This document shows positions 1-9,872 of a stretch of 32,000 nt of DNA, piece by piece; within the stretch, counting starts at the first letter, position 1, and each line of letters starts with the position of its first letter. The notes below the pieces were generated by a model. It was not told where the DNA came from, searched no databases, and saw nothing but the letters and a program-made list of their open reading frames with translations. A program made the translations under genes and the position numbers. Source of the DNA: Wallemia ichthyophaga EXF-994 (lineage: Eukaryota > Fungi > Basidiomycota); the NCBI RefSeq assembly GCF_000400465.1, contig NW_008806283.1, positions 60,001 through 92,000 on the forward strand. Direction: 5' to 3'.

Positions 1-452
1 ATCATTGATGCACACTTGCGGGGCCAAGTTGAACCAACCAAGCGTAATGATTGTCTATTATTTGAACTCTAAGACAAAACAATTGATACTGATCCTGAAA
101 ATTCAATTAACCTCTACACTAAGCGTGACGGTGGATCTCTTCAAGATCTGTCTGTAGCTGATCAAAATATACTTGAGACATTCGGTTCTCTGAACCGAGA
201 TACTGCTGTCGGAAAGCTCCTCAACTATTTTGCTGCTAAATATACCAAGCGTGGAGATTGTCAACTGCTCGGTATTCAAAATAAAGCTATTCAACTCAAG
301 ATTCAGAAGTTAATCGATATCTACACGAATGGTAATGAGAATCATCCAAGTATGGCAATCACGAGGATAATATAATTGTTGTTGGAGCTCACGTTAACGA
401 CATTCTCAAAAAGCGCGAAGACACTGTTGCGGAAAGACAAGCTGGTCTCTGA
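1..452 (+). pseudogene. Lys-Arg-repeat (Kex2-processed-type) secreted peptide precursor, paralog A; 5' end lies outside the window; disrupted
   Basis: Frame 1 reads ...PTKRNDCLLFEL*DKTIDTD...YTKRDGG...YTKRGDCQLLGIQNKAIQLKIQKLIDIYTNGN, with an in-frame TAA at 70-72 where the paralog has CAA (LQDK). A 1-nt shift near 337-339 continues as ESSKYGNHEDNIIVVGAHVNDILKKREDTVAERQAGL* (stop 450-452). Confidence 0.7.
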
Positions 453-1297
453 ATTTTTCTCAGGGCTACGGGAAGCGCCTAAGAGCTTTCAAATTTCTAC
501 TTAATTGTTATTGTTATCTTCCCACCTTTCACGTTGTACACATTTGTTAATTGAGTGAGTTTTAAATGAAAGCGCAATTGCGTCATCTTCGTTACAATCT
601 TAATGTCTCGCTTTTATGGGGATGGTGACAGTTGATCGAGCTAAATTACGGAAAAATAATTCTTAAATGTTTCGAGGAACAGACGATTAGCAATGTATGC
701 AAGGAAACCCACACTTACCAAGTCATTGAACAAACATTACATTACAGGCTAACCAAAGTTGTCTCTTTAGTGGATGCTCAGGTATTCATTAATACGGTAG
801 CTTACAGAGCAATCGAAGAGCTTCACCACTTATAGGAGACACACGAAGGCAAATTACTTCATCAGCCCCATATCATGACAAATATTCGCTGATAGCGGCG
901 TGCTAAGCGACATTACTTACTCGCACACAATATTTCGCAAAAATTTGAAGCAAGTGAAATTCATATGAGACATAGCTGTTACCATATGGTACCCATCTGA
1001 GAACCAAGCGTACCTGAACCACAATTTCATGCCGAGCAATTGCAGTCTAAAATTGGAAACCTTCTGCAATATGTATTGTTTCGAAACATCTTTAAGACAC
1101 TGTTGTTTTGCTTACTGGGACTAAGACGGGGTTAGTTAAGCATACAGGGTCAAGTATCTTACGTAAATAACGTCACTATTACATTGAACGATTGAAAGCT
1201 TGGCCGGGTTGGATAACCCATACTCTAACTTTAAGACTCTCTATTTTTAAAATAGCCACCAATACAATCTTTTTACTAGAATAACAAGGTAAGTACA

Positions 1298-1713
1298 ATG
1301 AGATTGTCTTTACTTGTCGTCTCATCAGTCATCTGCGCTGCTGCTTCTGTAGTGCTGTTTGCTGTAAGTTGAATAATACTTTGTCACTGCTAAAGTGAAT
1401 GCAGAATTACCTTCCAAATGATATAGCTCCCACCAAGCGTGGTGACGAGCAGCTGATCAGCCTTCAAGATGAAGCTATCGATCCTGATATCAAGCTTTTG
1501 GTCAAAATTATCTTCAACGGAACTGATTCATCCTCAACCAGCAAGCGCGATGACAAGCAGTTGATAGGCCTACAAGATAAATCGTTTGATCTTGACATCA
1601 AGGGTTTATCAAAATTATCAAAAACGGAACTGAAGAATCATCTAAGCGTGAGGTTGCCGCTCCCAAAATTCAAGCTGGCCTTTGAGCTGGCGTCTTCTGA
1701 TTTGCCTTTTTAA
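1298..1713 (+). CDS. Lys-Arg-repeat secreted peptide precursor, paralog B; C-terminus frameshifted (ancestral stop probably 1683-1685)
   Basis: Exon 1 (1298-1363) encodes a signal peptide, MRLSLLVVSSVICAAASVVLFA. Intron 1364-1404 (gtaagt...gctaa...cag) is phase 0. Exon 2 has the repeats KR-GDEQLISLQDEAIDPDIKLLVKIIFNGT and KR-DDKQLIGLQDKSFDLDIKGL. Confidence 0.75.
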
Positions 1714-2129
1714 GTGATGTTATCGCAGCTGCGGCATGTAGCTAAGCGTTTTCTTTTGTATATAACACGTACTCTAAACTTTTTATTACAAATTAGTGTG
1801 TTAATTAGTGCCGCATTGTAATGTCTAAAAATAAAGCTGACTTGTCAATTGGCTGTGATGAGCCAAATTACTTTAAACTAGCTCTTCATAGCACTTCAAT
1901 GACTAAAAACTTGAGCAGAGCAATTTTGCTATAAGTCCGTAGCGAATAGGTTTGTGAAGAGCTAGAACGTGTTCATATCCTTGCTGGAGTTGTGTAGCGC
2001 TCTGCAATAATAAAACTAGTTTTAGTATGTTTCAGGGAGAGAAATTGGAATATGAAAATAACCGTTCTTACTAACTTGGCCTCTACGACTCTAATGCAAA
2101 TTGATTACCCTTACACCCCCATGATCTAA

Positions 2130-2556
2130 ATTTCAAAAGGCTGTGATCGCAAGCCAGACCCCGATTTCAGTGTTCTGCTGATCCATACTTTTCTATGCTT
2201 TTATGTATACGACCAAGTATGATGTGAGTCGAAGCGACAGTAGTTCTTCCTGGTACCAGGATTATAGCGATGAACGCCATGTTTCGTAAAACGTATACGC
2301 GTTCATAAAGCGGAATATTTGAAATATTGAGTGCTTGCGGTTTATATCAATCGAAATGCTGTATTCTCATCGATGTCATCGATGAAACGAGGAGGATATT
2401 CCATATACATCATATAGCGTGCTCTAGAGTGATTTTGGATCATTGCTTCCTTCAGAGCGCAGGACGCCATTTCGAGCGCCGGGCATATAAATCTGGCAAC
2501 GTCATATTTCTTACTATCACAGCTACCAATTTTATTTGGAGATCATCAAAAGTCAT
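2130..2556 (-). pseudogene. Possible decayed F-box-like gene fragment
   Basis: ATG at 2556 gives MTFDDLQIKLVAVIVRNMTLPDLYARRSKW, resembling the F-box L-P-x-E-h-h-x-x-I pattern. Several in-frame stops follow. The downstream boundary is approximate. Confidence 0.25.
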
Positions 2557-3524
2557 AATCAGCATTTGAGATGAGACAGGTGGTAGTGGAAAAACTCAAT
2601 TTGGTGGATATTGAGCGAAGTGCTGATAAGAATATGTTTGGAATGCTGAATTTATCATGAAATTGATTGTCTTGCTATATTGTTCAAATTGTCAATATAT
2701 GCCATTCTTGCGTTCGTCTTCTCACTTACTTGGTCATTTGCAGAGTACCTTGAGCAGCTTTAGCTCGTTAGAATATGTATTACTGTACCAAACTTTTTCA
2801 GTGCTCAAATTTTTGTCAAAGTGCCCTTTCATCACATAAGCACATCCTAAAGTCGTTGGAGATCCAAGACGAGTCAAGATTGAGCGTTTCTGAGATGTGA
2901 GGAAGGAGTTGAATTGTGTAATATTCAAAAGCACTCATAAATCCACTAAATTTGTTTATTGATGATCTCGAGATGCGTGGTTATATTGTGCAATGTTTGT
3001 AGCATCTTTGAGAGCATGAGCGCTCTTATGTAGCTGGAACGTAATAATTTTTATAATCAAGGCTTTCAATTCATTCGATTAACCCTCCCAAGTGGTCAAT
3101 TTGCACCCATTCGGCTGTTTGAGGACAGCTTCGAGGGTGTTTGGCGAATCATGCAGCTGTATCATTAAAGCAATTCTACAGTGTTTCAATGCGCCCATGT
3201 TTACATTAATGTTTAGATTCAAACATCGACTCTAGCGCGTCATCAGCTGCGCGTGGATGGCCAGCAACGTTCGGCCCACTCGGAACATCAAGGCTGTGCT
3301 CAAACCGGCCAGATAAATTCGCAGAAGTCTCTTTCATTTCAAAAAGAGCTACTTCTGTTGTCTGCAAGGTCTGCAAGCAATAAAGAAATCATTACTTGTA
3401 GAAAATCCCTTGTCACGCGTTCAGGGACACACTCTAGATGGATCCATTTTTTTCGCTTTTCTTCGCTGAGCTTGCGTAAAATTTCTTTCAGCACAACATT
3501 CAAAGGTTCCACTCTTTCGTAGCA

Positions 3525-3793
3525 ATGAAATTCATGATCTTCGCCTCTGTAGCCGCTATTCTTGGCTCAACCATCGCTACACCAGTTACAGTAAGTGTCT
3601 GGCATTTTCAAAGCATGTGACTAACGCAAAGCTATAGCGCGATGGGCAAGCTGTCCCAGACCTTCTCGCTGCACTCGGGCTCACTCAAGACCAGAAGGCT
3701 GCAGTACCAGGGTTACTCAAAAATCTTGGCCTTGCACCAACTGAAAATGTTGAAGCTGCATTTACTGTACCTGAGGCTCCAGCTGGATTCTAA
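3525..3793 (+). CDS. Small secreted cysteine-free protein (73 aa) with two amphipathic repeats
   Basis: Exon 1 (3525-3590) encodes MKFMIFASVAAILGSTIATPVT. Intron 3591-3637 (gtaagt...ctaac...tag). Exon 2 (3638-3793) encodes RDGQAVPDLLAALGLTQDQKAAVPGLLKNLGLAPTENVEAAFTVPEAPAGF*. Not in the ORF track. Confidence 0.8.
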
Positions 3794-4571
3794 ACAGCCA
3801 AATGATATCTGTAACGTCAGTAACATCGACTCAGCACAAGTGTTGGACACACTTGCGCTGCTTGTACGATTTTTCTCATTTGTCACACTCATGATACATA
3901 TCTTAAATTTGCAATACTATTGCAAGTTTTCAACGAAAATGACTCCGTAGCATTTTATCTTTACTATTGCCTTGCCAATCCCAATCACTTTTATGTAGAT
4001 GGTAATTTTGCGTTAGCAACCAGTACACCTTTCTAATGAAGCTGCATTTTAATGCTCTTTTATCTTTAGGTACTTCGCGTGAATTAGCTGTATTCTGTGT
4101 GTATCTATTTCGTGTTTGCGCTAACATCTGGTAGAAACGCGCTTGTGTTTGGCGTTTTGTATCGACACAAAGAAAAAGAGTGGTCAGCTTCTATTGAAAT
4201 GATAGCACTTGAACTGCACAATACACAAAAATATTTCAAATCGGAGTCCTTGTGGAAATACCGTTGAGCTCAGTCTTATCGCATTCTTGATCGTATGCCT
4301 GTAGATCCTCGATCGCCTTCACGTCATAGCTTTTTATGATTAGTGCGAGTGATACGCGAGATCGCTTATTCGCACGGCGAGGGTGATCATTTTTATATCT
4401 GTGACGATGCCATCTAAAACTTTGCTGTCTTAAGGAAGATATTTTTGATCTATGCAGCCAATTTAGGATTAATTGTACTGAATATTTTCACGTTAAGGAA
4501 CAGCACATTAGACATCATCGCGAAATTAAGACATCTTAAAACAATTATCAGGTCTATACACTCTTTTAGCA

Positions 4572-4890
4572 ATGAAAATTGGAATTGTCGCCGCTATTGC
4601 CACCATTGTTAGCATGACAGTTGCTGCGCCAGTGACTGTTAGTACACAGTAATTCGTCAGGTCATATCTAACCATAAGTCAGACTGAAGATGGATATTTT
4701 GGATGATACCGGAATCCTTGTAGGAAATATTTCCGGGACTATTGTCGGGAGTTCTTCTGGAGGTCCTTTCGGGGGTCCTTTCAGGGGTGATGAAGGGGCT
4801 TCCGTGAGGAGTGTTGTCGGGATTGTTGGGGACGATGTCTGGGATGTACTATCAGACACTGCAGATTTAATAGAAGTGATCAGTGGATGA
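4572..4890 (+). CDS. Small secreted Gly/Asp-rich cysteine-free protein, paralog of the 3525 gene; splice acceptor ambiguous
   Basis: Exon 1 (4572-4637) encodes MKIGIVAAIATIVSMTVAAPVT. Donor gttagt at 4638, branch-like ctaac at 4668. The AAG acceptor at 4689 joins in frame to ORF 4690-4890; the CAG acceptor at 4682 gives a stop after 7 codons. Confidence 0.6.
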
Positions 4891-5023
4891 AATCCTGATC
4901 TTTAAACTTGGCACATTGTTCAAACGTATCTGAAAGGAAAAAGGTATTCGATTGAGCAAGTCTATTATTACAATACAAGTCAAATTATATATGGTAACTA
5001 AATTAAGATCGATTAATCATGTG

Positions 5024-8000
5024 CTAGATAGTGATCGCTTCGAATGCCTCGAGGATCCCATCATTGCCTCCAAACTGTTTGAGAAGTTCGTGTGTGATAC
5101 TTTCGGTATCAACGCCATCACCATCCACTACCTCTGTCTTAACTTTAGCCTTCTTGAGTGCGCGATCGAAATCGACGAGCATATCACTGCCCACAACGAT
5201 CTCAAAGTTCAATTTGCGCATTTGTGATCTGAATACGATAGCCAATGTGACGACGAGATCTCCTTCTATCGACACATTAAAGCTGAGTTTGTATACCTGG
5301 GCGAGACGCTTGAACTGAGCGTGCACATTCTTCACGTTCATCCATATGGTCGATATGCGCTGCAAGGTATAGCTGAGCTGAGTGTCCTGTGATATGCCCT
5401 CCTCTGTCAACTGACCACGGAGACAGTCGAGGAGGTATTCCAGCAGAGGGCGCAGCTCGCCTTTCTTTGGGGGAAGCAAGTCCATTTCCACCCCCTGCTG
5501 TGAGATGCTCAGCGCCAACTCATTCGCGTAGTTGAACTTATGCGTCGATTGCGACAGGTGCACAATTTGCCAGCTGTGCAGAATCTGCAGCGATTCATAT
5601 TCGCCTGTGTCGACATGTCAGCAGTGCTACTCTCGCACAAATACCACACTCACGTTTCCGCTTCATGGCTTCCGCTTTCGTAAGGCAGCGCACCATATCC
5701 CACTCTTTTCGATTACTGTCAATGGTGTGTGTGTTTTGAGCCAGAGTCTCTTGCTTCGCCTCGAGGCGTGCTCTGAGACGCGCAAGCTCCTCGTTGTTGG
5801 ATGCTATTTCGGCTTTGTACAGCTCCAGTGGCTGCGCCTGCTCCGCTATAGCCTCGCGCAGACCCTCGACTTCCTCCTTGTCGCAGCTGGCGATATCGCG
5901 CACAATGTCTCTTTCTCTGCGCAGCTCCGTCTCCAGTTTGTCCTTGAGGGCGTGTAGCTGCGGGAGATTCTCACCAAGTGCGCCTCTAGTCTCCTGTAGT
6001 ACCCTGGCATCCTTCTCGAGACCATTGAAGGACTCGTTGAGAGACTCCGCATGACCGCTCACTAGCTCCTTCCTCCAGCCGTACCACACTCGCTTAGCGT
6101 TCAGGCGCGAGTTATTTTTCACGATCTTGAGCTGCGCTTCAATACGCACGCGCATATCCTCACTAGCTAGCAGATAATCAACTATCACTGGCGGATTCTC
6201 GTTATCTACTTCACGTTCGTAGCTGTTGAGTGCCTCTATCCCCTCGCTGATGTAGCGCTTCAGCTCGTGGCAGCACCAATACATCATCTCCAATTTGGGG
6301 CCGGTGACCGCATGTGCGCGCAGATATTCGAGCGAGGATGGCTCGTGCATCGGTGCATTTTCCCCACTTAGACCACCCGGACCCACTGTGGAGCGACGCT
6401 TGATGGTTGAAATCCCATCGAGGAATTTCATGTCGGTGAGTTCGAGGAAATCGTTGAGACTGATTTGCACCGGTGCTTCGACGCTGCTTTCGCCATTGTC
6501 CTCCTGTTCTTCCTCTTGCATTAAACCTTCTATCATCCGCTCTGTTTCGGGGCCTGCTGCAAATTCGTTGCGGATTGGTGGAGCCGGCAGTGGTGAGGGT
6601 GCAGCTTCCGGTTGTGGTGAGGGCTCATGTGTATTCGCAAAGGCCTCCTTCTGTGGCGTCGTCACACTCGACGCTAGCCTTAGTGATTGACGTTTAGGAG
6701 TGCTCATCGGCGAGCCTGGGTTTGAGGCACTGATCGATCTGCGCAGTTTAGATGGTGTCATTTGCTGTGCATGTAGCGAGCGTCTGCGAGTTGGTGTGCC
6801 GCTTTGCTCTTGTTCTGGCGCCGTCTTATCCATGTCCATCGCATCACTTTCGGTTGTAGTATTGCGTCCTTGCTGCGTCACGTTAGTATTCTCCTTCACT
6901 AGTATACAAAACCCACCTCAGCTTCTCTCCTCCTTTGCTCCTCCTTCACGCGCTCCTCTTCAGCTTCGCGCTCGTACTCCCTCTCCCTGTCATTCTTACT
7001 CTGCTCCTCCTGCTCCTTTTCAGTTGCGAGTGTGTCAGGTGTAGCTTCGAGCGCTTGTGTGGAGAGTGCTAGTGAAGATCTTCGTCTTGGTTTGTGTGTG
7101 AGTTTTTCTTTCTCGCCACCTTTCTCAGCTGCAACATCGAGTTTAAGTGGGGAAGGACGAAGTGGCGAGGCGAGCTGAAGACGCTGTACGAGTGGGGACA
7201 TGAGCTTTTCCGTGTTAATTTGGTGTTCCTGTTGCTGTTTATGCTCATAATTTCGTTCCCACTCCAGATCATTGTCTTGCTCTTTCTTCTCTTCTTCGCC
7301 ATCATCCTGTCTCACCTCACCAGCAAAAGACGCTCTCTTCTTGTTAGGACTTTTAGCTGCGTTCTTGAGGGCACTTCTTAGCGGCGAGCTCGTCCCAGCG
7401 CCACCCAAGGCACCTCCGAGACTATGTCTGACGCTTTTCGTTTCTTTTTTCATGAGACTCGATTGAGTGGGCGCTGCGAAGCTGCTGCGTTTCCCTCCTT
7501 TACTTTCAGCATCTGGTGATGAGATGGAGATGGAGGCCTTTTTAGGCGAAGGAGCAGGAGCAGGAGCAGGAGTGAATGATGTGCTACTTTTGAGGGCGCT
7601 CTTGAGTGATGGTCGTGGACCGGCGCCTGCCTTGAGGGGTGACGCTTTAACAGATGGTGCGAAACTGACACGACTGACACGCGGTCCGAGACTTTTCCGC
7701 AGACGACGCGTCTCGTCGTTAACTAGGATACCCTTACCGATTGGCTTGGTTATTTCCATAGTCATCGTCGCGTCTGCGTTGTCGTCAGAGTCACTTGAGT
7801 CACTCGAGTCACTCTCTTCTGGAATGGTGGGGACGTTCATAGGTCCACCGACAGCCTGAGTCATCTCCATTGTCATCGACTCATTCTGCGCAGGGTTGCT
7901 AATTAAGGACATGTCGGCAGTTGATTTTCCGTCATTTGCTGACTCTTGATCGTGCTCTTCCGCTGCCTCGTCACTGCTATCGTTCGTTGCCCCCTTCTCG

Positions 8001-9768
8001 GCTTCCATCAAACCACCGACGGCGCCAGTCATCTCCATGGCCATTGACTCGTTTTCTTGATCATCCTCACTAATACCACTGTCGCTCTCGTTGATATGGT
8101 TCTTTGTCTCATTGACACTCTTCTCGGCCTCCATCAAGCCACCGACGGCGCCGGTCATCTCCATGGCCATAGATTCGTTGTTATGGGTAGTATTACTAGC
8201 TAGTGACATATCAGCAACTGAGTTATTGTCGTGATGGTGGTTATTAGCTTTTTCTCCGTTTTCCTCATGGTCATCTTCCTCTCTCCTCTCTCCACCCAAC
8301 ATACCTCCAACAGCCTGGGTCATTTCCATCGTCATAGACCCGTCGGCTATCTTATGTGCGGTGGAGTCATTGCGATCAATGTGGGTTATAGCAGCTTTGG
8401 TGAGATCCATGTCGTCGTTGCTGTTACTCTTACTGGTATTGCTATCGCTATCATTATCGCTATCACTGCCGTTACCTAAGTGGTGCTGCATTGGTGCAGG
8501 TTCTGGAGGTGGGGGTTGCATTAGCATGTGCTGGTCAGCCTCTTCATCATCACTGCTACTGCTACTGCTGTTATCAACACGTCCGCTGACACTCCTACTA
8601 CCCTCTGGCGAGCCCGAGTTCTGCTTAATGACGCTGCTGCGTCGATCTAGGCTCGATCTTCGTCTGCCTGTTTCGAAGTGAGGTAATTTGGGCACACCGG
8701 CTTGGGACATGGACACGGTGAAGTCCATAGTGGTGTCTGCTTCATCTTCACTGGAGGAGGAGGAGGAGTTCTTCTCGTTATCCTCGTTGTTGTCCACATT
8801 GGTGTTGCCGTCGTTGTCGTTCTTCTCGGATGCTGTGGGTGAGAGAGTGAATTGTGGGAGTTGCATGGGTGGTTGGGGTGGTAATGCAACAGGTTCTGCT
8901 GCTGTGAGTGGAATTGGAGATGATTTATTGCTCTGTGATGATAATCTGGGTGATTTACGCGTAGGCGAATGGGATATAACCTTTTTTGGTAAATTTTGGG
9001 GTGATTTCGGAGACTTGGGTGACTTCTTGGGTGACTTCTTGGGTGACTTCTTGGGTGAGTTTTTTGGCGACTTGTTGTCATCACTCTTACTAAACACGTG
9101 ACCAACAGCCTCAGTAAGATCCATTTGCATAGTATTGTCCTCTGCGTCGTTCGCGTCTTGTGTTGGACCATCATCAGACTCAGTATCAGAGCCATCAAGC
9201 GGTCTTTTTCTCTCAAAAGCTTTCTTAAACGCGTGAGTGACGTCTTGAGTAGCTATGGACATGTCAGAGGTGTCTGAATCTTGGTTTTCTTGTGGGTGAT
9301 GATCCTGTGGATGATGTTGGGATTTTTTAGGGGATGGAGACCTGCGTGGGCTAGAAGAGGCCTGTTTATTGCCCTCTTCATCTTCAAACAAACGTATGAA
9401 GCAATGGCTTGCGAATGAGACTCTGCGACTCGCTTCAGATTTCCTAGGTGCTGCGTGCTTGACAGGATTCTGCGGGAGTTCCTCCTCCTCGTCTGAATCT
9501 GGTGGTGGCTGTGGTTTGAGAATTGAGCGGCGTGGTTTCTAGCGTGTGTGAGTGGTGGTGGTAGATATCAAAGCAAACCACGCACAGCCTTCCTCCTTGC
9601 TAATTTCGTGGGTGTAAGTTCAGCGTCTGAATCTGATTCTTGGTGGTCATCTCCGCTGCCATCTCCGTGGTTACCACCGCTACCACCCAGACTCTTGGAA
9701 CGCAGCTTCCTATTCTCCTTATTTTCCTTGTTGTTTAGATACGTCGTCGACTTTCTACGCGAGTCCAT
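5024..9768 (-). CDS. SPC105: Kinetochore protein Spc7/Spc105 (KNL1), about 1534 aa, 4 exons
   Basis: Introns 9539-9585, 6873-6916 and 5605-5653 join ORFs 9568-9768, 6899-9391, 5595-6899 and 5024-5563 in frame. N-terminal SILK (RRSILK) and RVSF PP1-docking motifs, multiple MELT-like motifs (MDLT, MDFT, MEMT, MEIT), and a C-terminal coiled coil plus globular region. Confidence 0.93.
7994..8179 (-). repeat. Internal 60-nt duplication (period 126 nt) in Spc7 encoding NESMAMEMTGAVGGLMEAEK twice
   Basis: Copies at 7994-8053 and 8120-8179 are identical in protein and differ at a few synonymous sites. Confidence 0.9.
9015..9059 (-). repeat. 12-nt coding tandem repeat (ttgggtgacttc, about 3.7 copies) encoding KSPK/SPKK repeats
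   Basis: Directly visible. S-P-x-K matches the CDK consensus site. Confidence 0.9.
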
Positions 9769-9782
9769 CTCTCTTCGCCTTC

Positions 9783-9793
9783 ACGCGTCGCGT
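9783..9793. promoter_or_regulatory. Overlapping MCB-like elements (ACGCGTCGCGT) just upstream of the Spc7 start
   Basis: ACGCGT plus an overlapping CGCGT 15 nt upstream of the ATG, within the 104-bp gap after the upstream gene's stop codon. Confidence 0.3.
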
Positions 9794-9872
9794 AACGTCG
9801 TCGTTATCGCACAAGGAAAACCGAAATGGAAATTAAAGTAAAAATAATAAAAATAAATACAATTTACTAAAA

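Noticed and set aside
632-1140. ORF 632-835 plus intron-like signals and a stop-interrupted frame at about 840-1135
   Set aside because: No coherent spliced model or recognisable motif could be built; it may be decayed sequence but is unsupported.
1289-1328. Perfect donor AAG|GTAAGT 9 nt upstream of the paralog B ATG, which could splice out the start codon
   Set aside because: No convincingly placed branch point; cannot be distinguished from chance without RNA data.
1298-4890. Hydrophobin or mating-pheromone identity for the small secreted genes
   Set aside because: No eight-Cys pattern and no CaaX terminus; the repeat units are much longer and more divergent than pheromone repeats.
1-5000. 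RIP-like or transposon origin of the AT-rich island
   Set aside because: No terminal repeats or transposase/RT motifs; the few visible lesions include indels and do not show a consistent dinucleotide C>T pattern.
5031-9216. Many long antisense and alternate-frame ORFs over Spc7 (and likewise over the other large genes)
   Set aside because: They are shadows of GC-rich, low-complexity coding sequence with no independent motifs.
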